In this document: one piece after another, positions 16,866 through 26,503 of the stretch
Layout of the letters: the number at the start of each line of letters is the position of its first letter
Numbering within the stretch: position 1 is the first letter of the stretch
From: a virus
Lineage: Duplodnaviria > Caudoviricetes
DNA: 61,413 nt
Direction: 5' to 3' (one strand)
Virus record (IMG/VR): IMGVR_UViG_3300044267_005592
Coordinates: 1-61,413 of that record
The notes under the pieces: generated by a model
The model's input: the letters and a program-made list of their open reading frames with translations, nothing else
What the model was told of the DNA's origin: nothing
Databases searched by the model: none
Made by a program: the position numbers and the translations under genes

Positions 16866-17810
16866 TTACCATATAAAATTCTTTAAATAATACTGTACAA
16901 TTTCTGGAAGTTCTTTATCGAATTCACATTCAGGCTCCCATCCTAATTCTCTAAGTTTAGAATCATCTATCGAATATCTAACATCTTGACCCGGTCTTGA
17001 ATAATCTAAATCTATTAATTCATTATCTATAACTTCACCATTATAAGCTAACTCTATAATCTTACTAACAGTCTTTATATTTTCTTGTTCAAAATCTCCA
17101 GATATATTAAAAATCTCATTAGTCTTACCACTTTCTATTACACTTATAATTGCTTTAGCGGTATCTTTTGCATGAAGCCAATTCCTTTTTGGTAATCCTC
17201 TATCATGCAAAGGAATCTTTTTACCCAATTTCAAATACTTACAAACTTTAGGTATCAGTTTTTCTGTATACTGACCTACTCCATAATTGTTAGTTGGTCT
17301 AACTATAATATATGGAAGACCATAAGTTCTATTCCAAGCCAAAATCAATTGGTCTGCTGCAGCTTTTGTAGCTGAGTATGGATTACTAGGTTTCAGTAAG
17401 TCAGTTTCTTTGTGAGCACCATCTACTATATCACCATAGACTTCATCAGTAGAAAAGTGTAAGAATATAGGCATTTCATCTGACTTATTAAGTCTTATCA
17501 ATTCCAATAAATTATGAACTCCATTTATATTAGAACTTATAAATTCATCACTGCTGACTATAGAATTTCCTACATGGGATTCTGCTGCTAAGTTTATTAC
17601 ATAATCACAATCATGAATAGTTTCTAAATTTACTATATCTTCTTGGATAAAAGAAAAGTTTTCATACTCACCGAATTCATCTAATAATTCTTTTCTAGCA
17701 GCATAAGTAATCTTGTCAACTCCTTTAACATACCAGCCCATTTTCAAACAAGCTCTTGTGACATAAGAACCTATAAAACCTAAACAACCTGTTATATAAA
17801 CTGCTTTCAT
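16866..17810 (-). CDS. rfbB: dTDP-glucose 4,6-dehydratase-like
   Basis: ITGCLGFIG, NLAAESHV, STDEVYG, PSNPYSATK, RPTNNYG. Confidence 0.85.
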   Translation of the reverse strand: MKAVYITGCLGFIGSYVTRACLKMGWYVKGVDKITYAARKELLDEFGEYENFSFIQEDIVNLETIHDCDYVINLAAESHVGNSIVSSDEFISSNINGVHNLLELIRLNKSDEMPIFLHFSTDEVYGDIVDGAHKETDLLKPSNPYSATKAAADQLILAWNRTYGLPYIIVRPTNNYGVGQYTEKLIPKVCKYLKLGKKIPLHDRGLPKRNWLHAKDTAKAIISVIESGKTNEIFNISGDFEQENIKTVSKIIELAYNGEVIDNELIDLDYSRPGQDVRYSIDDSKLRELGWEPECEFDKELPEIVQYYLKNFIW

Positions 17811-19180
17811 CGTACGTACATCTTACAGTAATCATCTACAACTTTTTCTATATAATCCAATTGCTCATCAGTCATACCTGGCCAAACTCCCATAAAGAAT
17901 GTATCTACTGTAGATTTTGTAGCTACTGGGAATTGTTTTCTTGGGTCTTTATAGTTCTTTGCCAAATCCAAATAAGCTGGGTGGAATAAAGCATTACCTG
18001 TAAAATAACTTCTTGTTTGTATTTTAGCTTTTTCTAAGTAAGTTATAAATTTATCTTTTTTAAATCTCATACTATCCTTTAAAGTTATAAGAAATCCAAA
18101 CCAAGAAACATCAGCATCAGGTAAAGCAGATGGTAAATGAAATAACTCATCATACTTAGAGAATATTCCATGTAACCTTTTAAAATTATGTTTTCTTCGG
18201 TCGTGCATGTAATCTAATTTCTTAAGCTGTTCTAATCCCATACAGGCTTGAAGTTCTAAAGGCTTTAAATTATACCCAATTTCATCGAATACATATCTGT
18301 GGTCATAAGTAATATCTTTTTGTTTTGGAAACCAACTAGCAAATCTCTGACCACAAGCAGTTCCGTCTATTACACAACCTGGTTTATTTGAATTACAATA
18401 ACAAGCTCTTCCCCAATCTCTGATACTAGCTAGAGTCATCCTTAATTTAGCAGAGTTAACTCCAACAAAACCACCTTCTCCCATTGTCATGTGGTGTGCT
18501 GGAAAGAATGAACATGTAGAAACATCTCCAAATCCTCCTAAAGGTTTTCCTTTCCATGTAGAACCTAAAGCATCACAAGAATCTTCTAAGAAAATTAAGT
18601 TGTACTTCTTTACTAATTTCATTAGTCTATCCATATCAGGAGGATTTCCTAAAACGTGAGCAAATATAATACCTCGAATCTTTTTCTTTTTATCTTTCTT
18701 TAGTAAAGCTTCTACTTGGTCTAAGTCTATATGTAAATTTGGTAAAGTCACATCGACGAATACAGGTTCAAATCCATTTTGAATTAAAGGATTTATTGTA
18801 GTAGGAAAACAAACTACTGGAGTTATAAACTGGTCTCCTGGTTTTACATCGAATCCAGCTTTTTTAGATTTTAATAGACTAACCATTAGTAGATTAGCAG
18901 AACTTCCTGAATTTGTTAGTATTCCAAATTCTTTATCCAGCTTCTCTGCAAACTCTAATTCAAACTCTCTACCCTTCTTTCCGAATATTAACCACTCGGT
19001 CATTAGACTTTCAACAGCTGCTTTATATTCTTTCTCATCAAAGAAAGGTCCTGAGTATTGAATCCAATCCTTACCAGCTTCCCACTTTGCATTTTTTCTT
19101 CTCATTTTAATAAGACTAGATACTCCACCTAGAATCTTTTTTGAATAATATTTTTCCCAAAAATTACTAAATATTCCCAT
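17807..19180 (-). CDS. rfbH: NDP-4-keto-6-deoxyglucose 3-dehydratase (RfbH/DdhC E1 type)
   Basis: NSGSSANLL; EDSCDALG; SFFPAHHMTMGEGG with His at the PLP-Lys position; Cys-rich RDWGRACYC...C...C loop. Confidence 0.85.
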   Translation of the reverse strand: MGIFSNFWEKYYSKKILGGVSSLIKMRRKNAKWEAGKDWIQYSGPFFDEKEYKAAVESLMTEWLIFGKKGREFELEFAEKLDKEFGILTNSGSSANLLMVSLLKSKKAGFDVKPGDQFITPVVCFPTTINPLIQNGFEPVFVDVTLPNLHIDLDQVEALLKKDKKKKIRGIIFAHVLGNPPDMDRLMKLVKKYNLIFLEDSCDALGSTWKGKPLGGFGDVSTCSFFPAHHMTMGEGGFVGVNSAKLRMTLASIRDWGRACYCNSNKPGCVIDGTACGQRFASWFPKQKDITYDHRYVFDEIGYNLKPLELQACMGLEQLKKLDYMHDRRKHNFKRLHGIFSKYDELFHLPSALPDADVSWFGFLITLKDSMRFKKDKFITYLEKAKIQTRSYFTGNALFHPAYLDLAKNYKDPRKQFPVATKSTVDTFFMGVWPGMTDEQLDYIEKVVDDYCKMYVR

Positions 19181-19191
19181 TTTATTTTTCC

Positions 19192-20178
19192 CTATAACTT
19201 GTTTTGATTATTAAACCAGTAGTCTATCATTTCATCCAACATGGATTCAAATGTGTACTGATGTTTCCATCCTAATTGTTTTTGTGCTTTAGAACAATCA
19301 CCTTTTAAAAATTCTAATTCTTCTGACCTCATATATTTTTCGTCTATAGCTATATAATTTTTCCAATTCAAATCTAATCTACGAAATACATATTTAACTA
19401 AATCTTTGACTGTGTGAGAAACTCCGGTTGAACACACAAAATCGTCAGATTCTTTTTGTTGTAACATTAACCACATAGCATAAACATAATCTTTTGCATG
19501 ACCCCAATCTCTACTAGCTTCAAGATTACCTAATGTTAGTTTGTCTGCTTTTCCTAATTTTATTTTTACAGCTTCTTTCACAACTTTATTTGTAACAAAA
19601 TTAGTTCCTCTTCTAGGAGATTCATGATTAAATAGAATTCCATTAGAAATAAACATCCCATAAGCATTCCTATAATTCTTACAAATACTGTGAGCATAAA
19701 GTTTTGCACAACCATAAGGACTTACTGGAGTCATCGGAGTTGTCTCCCGTTGATAACCATCAGAATCTATGTTATTACCAAACATTTCTGAAGAACTTGC
19801 TTGATACATTTTAGATTTTGGTACTACAATTCTGATTGCTTCTAAAAGATTAAGAGTTCCAGTTGCTATAGAATGTGTAGTATAAATCGGCATATCAAAA
19901 CTAATCCTAACATGTGATTGAGCAGCAAGGTTATATATTTCATCAGGTTTAGATTTTGTTAAAACTCTAATTAATGAAGACATATCTAACATATCTGCAT
20001 ATACTAATTTTACTTCTTTAAATACTCTATCAGGAATTCTAGCTGTTTGGTTTTCTGCTACAGAATTTCTTTTAAGAATTCCCCAAACTTCATAACCTTT
20101 ATCCAAAAGCAATTCAGTTAGATAGCTACCATCTTGACCATTTATTCCTGTTATCAGTGCTACTTTTTTAGATTCCAT
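19192..20178 (-). CDS. gmd: GDP-mannose 4,6-dehydratase
   Basis: ITGINGQDGSYL, NLAAQSHV, SPYGCAK, LFNHESPRRG, RDWGHAKDYV; probable start ATG 20178. Confidence 0.93.
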   Translation of the reverse strand: MESKKVALITGINGQDGSYLTELLLDKGYEVWGILKRNSVAENQTARIPDRVFKEVKLVYADMLDMSSLIRVLTKSKPDEIYNLAAQSHVRISFDMPIYTTHSIATGTLNLLEAIRIVVPKSKMYQASSSEMFGNNIDSDGYQRETTPMTPVSPYGCAKLYAHSICKNYRNAYGMFISNGILFNHESPRRGTNFVTNKVVKEAVKIKLGKADKLTLGNLEASRDWGHAKDYVYAMWLMLQQKESDDFVCSTGVSHTVKDLVKYVFRRLDLNWKNYIAIDEKYMRSEELEFLKGDCSKAQKQLGWKHQYTFESMLDEMIDYWFNNQNKL

Positions 20179-21046
20179 TATAAACTCTCGATATACCATC
20201 TTTAAAATTAGTAAATTTAAATCCTGGTAATAATTTTTTTAATTTATCTATCGAAACATCTTTTCTATACTGTCCATCTAAACTATTATCCGGATATTTT
20301 ATTTTTAATCCAGGTTTTAATGTTTCTACTGCTATTTCAGCCATTTCATTTATTGAGTAATTAGTTTCTGTAGCCACATTAAAACTTTCTATTATGTCTT
20401 TATCAATAACTTCTTTAACAACTCTAGCTAAATCGCCTGCATACATAAATTGTCTTAAAGGTTTACCAGTTCCTAAAAGTTCTATACTTCCGTCTGAATT
20501 TTTAATCTTTTTAAGCAAAGCTGTGATAAAGTGCATTTTATTCCCGTGTTCAAAATTATCATACTCACTATACAAATTACAAGAAGTCAAATAATTATAC
20601 TCGGTTCCATACTGTTTATTGTAAGCTCCTATTTGTACAGCCATACATCTCTTCGCATAAGCATAACTAAAATTAGTAGGTGCTGGAGGTCCTATAAATA
20701 AATCGTCTTCAGTCATAGGATATCTGTCTACTTTATCTGGATAGATACATGTACTCAACATAGCAGTAAATCTACTAACTTTATACTTTCTGCACATCGT
20801 AATTATATTATGGTTCATCATAACATTATCATCAAAGTACTCTGCTGGCTTATTAACATTATCAATAATTCCACCTACTTTTGCTGCTAAGTGTATAACT
20901 CTTTTTGGTCTGTGATTCTCGAAAAGAGCTACTGTATCAAACCAATCAGTTAAATCATATTCATCACTACCAACATATACAGCATTCGGTAAAACTTCTT
21001 GTAAGTGCTTACCAACCATACCAGTACCTCCTGTTACTAATATCAT
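20168..21046 (-). CDS. fcl: GDP-L-fucose synthase
   Basis: VTGGTGMVG, HLAAKVGGI, STCIYP, YAYAKR, GTGKPLRQF. Confidence 0.88.
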   Translation of the reverse strand: MILVTGGTGMVGKHLQEVLPNAVYVGSDEYDLTDWFDTVALFENHRPKRVIHLAAKVGGIIDNVNKPAEYFDDNVMMNHNIITMCRKYKVSRFTAMLSTCIYPDKVDRYPMTEDDLFIGPPAPTNFSYAYAKRCMAVQIGAYNKQYGTEYNYLTSCNLYSEYDNFEHGNKMHFITALLKKIKNSDGSIELLGTGKPLRQFMYAGDLARVVKEVIDKDIIESFNVATETNYSINEMAEIAVETLKPGLKIKYPDNSLDGQYRKDVSIDKLKKLLPGFKFTNFKDGISRVYNGI

Positions 21047-21999
21047 ATTAATATCCCATGTCTTTGTTTTAATATTTTACTAACGTCTTGTTTTTGAAAA
21101 TCTGGGTCTATCTTATGTAATATATTATTCCATCTATGATAACAAGTTCCTGTGGATAATAATCTTCTTTTTCCAGCTTCAAATATTTTACTATAATCTT
21201 TTGGATTCTTTTCATAGAATTTTATCTTATCCATTGCTTCATCTACAGTTTCAAATAGTATAAATTCTTTATTTGGTTCATAATAATTTTCTATAGTATT
21301 AAAATGCTGAGAAACCATCAGAGTAAAATATGGTATCTCTGCTACTCTACCTTTAACTTGGGTTCCTGACATAATAGAATTCATTGTGAAAGATAAAGAA
21401 TACTTAGATTCAGCCCATAAAGATTTTATCTCTTCATAATAACATTCCGATATAGTCCTGACATCCATTCCCTTCATTCTAAATTCAGCTATTAAATCTC
21501 GTCTATTGGAATGTAATCCTCCTGCATGGCTTAGTAAAGTCTTTCTTTCTTTAGGAAAATCACATAACATTGTATTTGGATTAAAAGACCATTTAGTATG
21601 TATAAATTTTTCTTCAGAAATACCCAAAGCTTTATAATCATCCCAATTGCCTGCAAATGAAATTGTGCCATCTACAAAAGGAACCCAATCTTTTGCAAAA
21701 TCATTAAATCTCCAATCATCATCTGACTGTAAAACATACAGTTTTGCAAAATCTTTTATCTTCTCCATTTCGGGATGTACTTTTTCATAAGCTACATGTA
21801 ATACTATATCAGCCCCGTGGCTTCTAAGTCTATCACAAAGACTATCTATATCAAACTCTTCATATCCGTATTCAGGAAACCATTCGTAGGAAACATCATA
21901 ACCAAAAGCTTCCAAAGCACCATAATTCCAATTTATAGCTTCAGAGTACTCATCTCTGTGATTTGCTTTTTCTCTAAATAACCAAACTATCTTTTTCAT
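21043..21999 (-). CDS. GT-B glycosyltransferase (CgeB-like)
   Basis: KGRVAEIP...YYEPNKEFILF...DKIKFY C-terminal pattern. Confidence 0.65.
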   Translation of the reverse strand: MKKIVWLFREKANHRDEYSEAINWNYGALEAFGYDVSYEWFPEYGYEEFDIDSLCDRLRSHGADIVLHVAYEKVHPEMEKIKDFAKLYVLQSDDDWRFNDFAKDWVPFVDGTISFAGNWDDYKALGISEEKFIHTKWSFNPNTMLCDFPKERKTLLSHAGGLHSNRRDLIAEFRMKGMDVRTISECYYEEIKSLWAESKYSLSFTMNSIMSGTQVKGRVAEIPYFTLMVSQHFNTIENYYEPNKEFILFETVDEAMDKIKFYEKNPKDYSKIFEAGKRRLLSTGTCYHRWNNILHKIDPDFQKQDVSKILKQRHGILI

Positions 22000-22913
22000 T
22001 ATGAATTCTCAATTTCTTTAAATGTTTTTAAATGATTTTTATAAAGGTAATCATAATCCGTTTTAAAATTTCTAGCTATTTCCATATTCTCTTTAATAGC
22101 TTCTATTTTAGAATTGTATAGTTCGGGAGTTAGGGTTGGTATTATATTACTTAATTCTGGTAAAGAGTTAAATTGTATGATACCATCAGCATTAAAATGG
22201 TCTCCTATATTTGGGCACCCAAAGAAAATTGGTATACATCCACAAGCAAAAGAATCTATTAGAGCTTCCGTGTACCAACTATCTTTAGTAGAATTCATTA
22301 TTACAAAATGATAATGATATGAAGCAAGACCATATATTTTACCAAAAGGTCCTTGACTATCAATTAATTCATTATAACCATTTCCAAAAACATCCATATT
22401 AAAGTGAGGATTATTTTTTTGTATATTTTTAATATTATTTTTAATTTCATTTATAGCCCAATGTCTCAATCTATGACCTACAGTCCAATCTTTCGAAGAT
22501 GCTACTATAGATAAACATTTATTTTTTTCATAAAGACCCCATTTTTCTGGTAAAACTCTTGTACATCCTCCAGGACAAAACATAAATCTATCTTCAGTAA
22601 TTAAATGACTAAAGTATTTATAGTCTATAGGTGCTATTAATAAATCAAAATCATTTTTATGCTTAGCAAAATAATCATAAGGATTATAAGGGTTTTTTTG
22701 AAAAATACAAGCATATTCATAAATATCATATATTTCTCTTATCCAAGCAACTTTTATTTTATCTTTATAATTGACATGTTCTGCCAATTTATTATCTTCA
22801 AATATATGGATATTACAATCGTCATCCCCATGAAAGAAGTCATGAACTTCTTGGTCTGGTGGAACATGTACATTCCAATCTCCAAAATTTTCTATATGTA
22901 ATTTAACTTTCAT
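21999..22913 (-). CDS. GT10 (alpha-1,3/4-fucosyltransferase)-like glycosyltransferase
   Basis: YHFVIMNS...WYTEALIDSFACGCIPIFFG resembles the GT10 motif YKFxxxxENS...YxTEKxxxxxxxGxIPxxxG. Confidence 0.65.
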   Translation of the reverse strand: MKVKLHIENFGDWNVHVPPDQEVHDFFHGDDDCNIHIFEDNKLAEHVNYKDKIKVAWIREIYDIYEYACIFQKNPYNPYDYFAKHKNDFDLLIAPIDYKYFSHLITEDRFMFCPGGCTRVLPEKWGLYEKNKCLSIVASSKDWTVGHRLRHWAINEIKNNIKNIQKNNPHFNMDVFGNGYNELIDSQGPFGKIYGLASYHYHFVIMNSTKDSWYTEALIDSFACGCIPIFFGCPNIGDHFNADGIIQFNSLPELSNIIPTLTPELYNSKIEAIKENMEIARNFKTDYDYLYKNHLKTFKEIENS

Positions 22914-23415
22914 TTTTTTCTCCTAAAATTGAATGTAAATATATTGAATGTACTGACTCGACAATACCATAATCTTTAGAGTCTACCCAATATCTTAAAC
23001 TTGCTGCCATATTATTTAATTTATTATCCTCTTCAAAACCAGATAGAGCTACATACTCTGTAAAAGTTTCATCGCAATACTTTGCAGCATTTACTATATT
23101 CATAGAATTACCTGAAGAAGATATTAAAATTACTAAGGTTTTTGTATTACCAAAATCTTTTATGAATTCCATGTAAGCATTATCTCTACCATAATCATTT
23201 ATATAACAAGTTAGCCTAGATGGGTCTGAAAAACTTATAGCTCTCTTATCTAAGCACTTTGTATAATCTTGTGCAATATGTGAAGCTATAGAATTACTAC
23301 CACCATTTCCTATTATGATAATATCCTCATGCTTACTAACTAGATACTTAAGGCGTTTTACTTCACCTTTAATCTTTTCTACTTCTATTATCAATTTATT
23401 TAAATCCATTATCAT
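22903..23415 (-). CDS. gmhA: SIS-domain phosphoheptose isomerase-like
   Basis: IGNGGSNSIASH, TCYINDYG, ISSSGNSMNI, YGIVESVH. Confidence 0.75.
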   Translation of the reverse strand: MIMDLNKLIIEVEKIKGEVKRLKYLVSKHEDIIIIGNGGSNSIASHIAQDYTKCLDKRAISFSDPSRLTCYINDYGRDNAYMEFIKDFGNTKTLVILISSSGNSMNIVNAAKYCDETFTEYVALSGFEEDNKLNNMAASLRYWVDSKDYGIVESVHSIYLHSILGEKNES

Positions 23416-24037
23416 CTCTACTAAATAAAGGAAATTCTGTCACATCCCTATAATCTGGTATTTCTACTTGGTCTTCTGCATGTTCAGGATAATGTTGTAA
23501 TAACCATAAGCCTCTAGCAGCTTGTTCTGGTGTCATATACATATTCCAGCCCATTATATCTATTCCATCTATTTGATAGTTAACTCCATCATCAAAGCAT
23601 CTGCCTTCATATCTTGCTTTTATAAACCAATCGTAAGCTTTCTTACTATCAGTTAATATCATTCCGCCTTTACCAATACAAATTGGTTTCTTTAAGTGGA
23701 ATGATAAACACATGTGGGTTCCTGGTATGTACATATTAGAAGTAAACCTTTTAGCCGAATCGTATATAGGAAATGGTTTTAATTGGTATACACCTTTCCA
23801 TTTCAAATCTTCAAATACTGGTATTCCTCCAGCATGATGTATAGATTGAGGTACTGAAATATAAGTTCTTTTTGGTATCATTACTTCTTTACCCTTTACA
23901 CTTTCATAAGAACAGGCCATAAGTAAAGCATCAGTACAACTACTTACACCGACAGCATATTTAGCTCCAGTGTAATAAGCAACTTCCTCTTCGAACATTT
24001 GAACTATTCTATATGGATTATGTAATTTAACAGGCAT
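23396..24037 (-). CDS. Short DegT/DnrJ/EryC1/StrS sugar aminotransferase
   Basis: FEEEVAYYTGAKYAVGVSSCTDAL, YDSAK, SFHLKKPICIGKGGM; probable start ATG 24037. Confidence 0.75.
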   Translation of the reverse strand: MPVKLHNPYRIVQMFEEEVAYYTGAKYAVGVSSCTDALLMACSYESVKGKEVMIPKRTYISVPQSIHHAGGIPVFEDLKWKGVYQLKPFPIYDSAKRFTSNMYIPGTHMCLSFHLKKPICIGKGGMILTDSKKAYDWFIKARYEGRCFDDGVNYQIDGIDIMGWNMYMTPEQAARGLWLLQHYPEHAEDQVEIPDYRDVTEFPLFSRDDNGFK

Positions 24038-24935
24038 AAGATTTAACTCCAACATTATCTATTTCAATAGGTATACATTCTACACCATTTTTATAAGGTT
24101 CTTTTGAAATTACTAAGAAATAACCACCACCTCCTGCTCCTAATAATTTTTTTGCTAAAACATTTTCGTCTTTATCTAGTTTGTTTCCAACTTCTAAAAC
24201 TTTCTTATTCATTACCAAATCAGAAAAAGTTTTTTTCTTTTCCCAAGCTGTATTTAAAACATCGCAAAGTGCTGAAGGATTTCTATTCATATCTAAAACA
24301 TCAACATCTTCTAAAGCTCCCAAACACTTATCTGGTTCTATAGAGCTTAATATATCTGTAGAATTTCTACGAGTATTGGTTGGTATTAAGCTAACATTTA
24401 ACCCTTCGAATAAATTAGAATTAATATACTGAACCATAACTTTCTGTCCGCCAAAAAAATCTAACCTCTTCAGACCACCAATTCCACATCCATAAGTGTC
24501 TTGATATCCAGTTAAAGGATTAAATTTTCTTTCTAATTCTAATGCTAAAGTACAGATTTCAAATTGTGACCAATTCTTATTTAGAAATTCTAAAGAAGCT
24601 TTTATAGCTGCTATCATATAAGATGAAGAGGAAGCTAATCCAGTACCTGTAGAATCTATATCAGAATTAAAAATCATTGTCATTGGTGGTAAATTAAAAT
24701 ACTGTATCACTTCTCTAGCTACATCATTCTTTATATCAGAAGGGTTTTTAACTGTTTCAGTTTTTGTATAATTTATTCTGTACTTACTACTTCTATTTGC
24801 ATTTATAGTTATGTAAGTATATAATTTAGCAGGAAAGCTTATAACAGCACCTCTACCAAACTTAGAAATAAAACTTTCTAAATCTGTAGACCCTCCAACT
24901 AGAGAAATTCTTAATGGACATTTAGCTGTTATCAT
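24027..24935 (-). CDS. hddA: GHMP kinase, HddA-like heptose-7-phosphate kinase
   Basis: PLRISLVGGSTD, GTGLASSS, GYQD, KLLGAGGGGY. Confidence 0.8.
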   Translation of the reverse strand: MITAKCPLRISLVGGSTDLESFISKFGRGAVISFPAKLYTYITINANRSSKYRINYTKTETVKNPSDIKNDVAREVIQYFNLPPMTMIFNSDIDSTGTGLASSSSYMIAAIKASLEFLNKNWSQFEICTLALELERKFNPLTGYQDTYGCGIGGLKRLDFFGGQKVMVQYINSNLFEGLNVSLIPTNTRRNSTDILSSIEPDKCLGALEDVDVLDMNRNPSALCDVLNTAWEKKKTFSDLVMNKKVLEVGNKLDKDENVLAKKLLGAGGGGYFLVISKEPYKNGVECIPIEIDNVGVKSYAC

Positions 24936-25581
24936 TTTCTACCTCATATCTTAAAATTACTTTACTATTTCCAATATAAAAGTGTGCAGGATATTTTTCA
25001 TTATCACAAATTCTAATTCTATCCCAAAAAGGTACTAAAGAACTTATTTCAGAATCTTTAGGACTTCTCTTCTGATGATAAGATTCAAACCCACTTTGTT
25101 CTCTCAGAACCATTACACCTTCTTTTAACTCTTCTAAAAACTTATCGAAGCAAATAGATATACCAGCTAGTCTATTTATTTCTAATTCACGATATGTATC
25201 AATATCATTAATTTCCATATTGTGCTGATATATTATCTGTCCTGCGTCTACTTTCTTAGCTAATTTATACAGACTTACTGTTATATTCTTCCTGCCATTC
25301 AAAACTGCCCACTGTAATGGAGCATGACCTTTACCTTCTGGTATTGGTGTTTCGTGTATACCTATTATCCCATACTTAGGTTTACTCAAATACTCTTCTG
25401 GTATAATATCATAAACTCCACTTTCTACTACAAAATGAAAAGATTCGTCTATGTCACTTAAATCCTTAATAATATGATAAGTTAAATTATGATTCTTAAG
25501 TGCATGGATAAAACAATCCTTTCTAAATCCCATAAGACCTATTTTCAAATCCTTAATATTTTCATCAATTCTTTGAATCAT
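24922..25581 (-). CDS. Sugar N-formyltransferase (Fmt-like)
   Basis: GIHETPIPEGKGHAPLQWAVLNG, VDAGQII. Confidence 0.75.
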   Translation of the reverse strand: MIQRIDENIKDLKIGLMGFRKDCFIHALKNHNLTYHIIKDLSDIDESFHFVVESGVYDIIPEEYLSKPKYGIIGIHETPIPEGKGHAPLQWAVLNGRKNITVSLYKLAKKVDAGQIIYQHNMEINDIDTYRELEINRLAGISICFDKFLEELKEGVMVLREQSGFESYHQKRSPKDSEISSLVPFWDRIRICDNEKYPAHFYIGNSKVILRYEVENDNS

Positions 25582-26503
25582 TCATCTTCTCTACATATCT
25601 ACTTAATCCTATTTCAGGAGTAACTTCTGGAACAAACCCTAGCATAGTATTTATTTTTTCAGTACTACTTCTTCTATTCTTAACCTTCTGAGTATCTTCT
25701 GGTTCGAAAACTATTTCAGTTTCTTTTCCAATTATAGACATCATAATCTTAGCCAAATCAACTACTTTAGTTTCTTTGCCACTTCCAACATTAAAAAATT
25801 CATTGCTTACATCACTTTCCATTCCTAAAAGATTTGCTTTAGCTATATCTTCTGCATGAATCAAATCCATAGTTTGAGTTCCGTCACCATAAATAGTTAT
25901 AGTTTCTCCATTCATTATTTTATCATAGAATATAGGAAAAACTTGAGTGTAAAAAGCTCCTTTATTCATCCTGTCAGAATAAACATTATAGTATCTAAAT
26001 CCTAACCAATCTACTTTACAATTAGATTCAAAAATTAATTCTGCTGATATCTTTGTCCAACCGTAAATAAAGTTTTTGTATTGGAATGGGTGTTTCTCAT
26101 CTACTGGTAAATACTTAGGTTCGCCATAAACAGAAGCAGAAGAAGAATAACATATCTTTTTAATTCCAAACTTATTAGATAAATCTACAACATTAAAAGT
26201 TCCCATGACATTTGTATTTATAGCTTTTCTAGGCAAAGCTTCACTATCTTGTATTAACATAGAAGCACAGTGAAAAACATAGTCTGGTTTATGTGTTTCG
26301 AAAACATAACTTAATTCGTCTAATTTAGAAATATCCAAAGGGTAATACTTTACATTAGCAGAACTATTTATATTCTTACCATTAAAAAAGTTATCTACAA
26401 TTACACACAATTTAGGTTTTTGTTTTAAAACCTCGTCTAATATGTAAGAACCTATATTACCAGCTCCTCCAGTAATTAAAACTGTACTATCTTTTAGTTT
26501 CAT
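25565..26503 (-). CDS. NAD-dependent epimerase/dehydratase
   Basis: ITGGAGNIG, SSSASVYG, YGWTK, RYYNVY; probable start ATG 26503. Confidence 0.85.
   Translation of the reverse strand: MKLKDSTVLITGGAGNIGSYILDEVLKQKPKLCVIVDNFFNGKNINSSANVKYYPLDISKLDELSYVFETHKPDYVFHCASMLIQDSEALPRKAINTNVMGTFNVVDLSNKFGIKKICYSSSASVYGEPKYLPVDEKHPFQYKNFIYGWTKISAELIFESNCKVDWLGFRYYNVYSDRMNKGAFYTQVFPIFYDKIMNGETITIYGDGTQTMDLIHAEDIAKANLLGMESDVSNEFFNVGSGKETKVVDLAKIMMSIIGKETEIVFEPEDTQKVKNRRSSTEKINTMLGFVPEVTPEIGLSRYVEKMNDSKN

Noticed and set aside
26480-26503. MKLKDSTV start as another capsid-targeting leader
   Set aside because: It lacks the L-x-E end and runs straight into the Rossmann strand of an epimerase.
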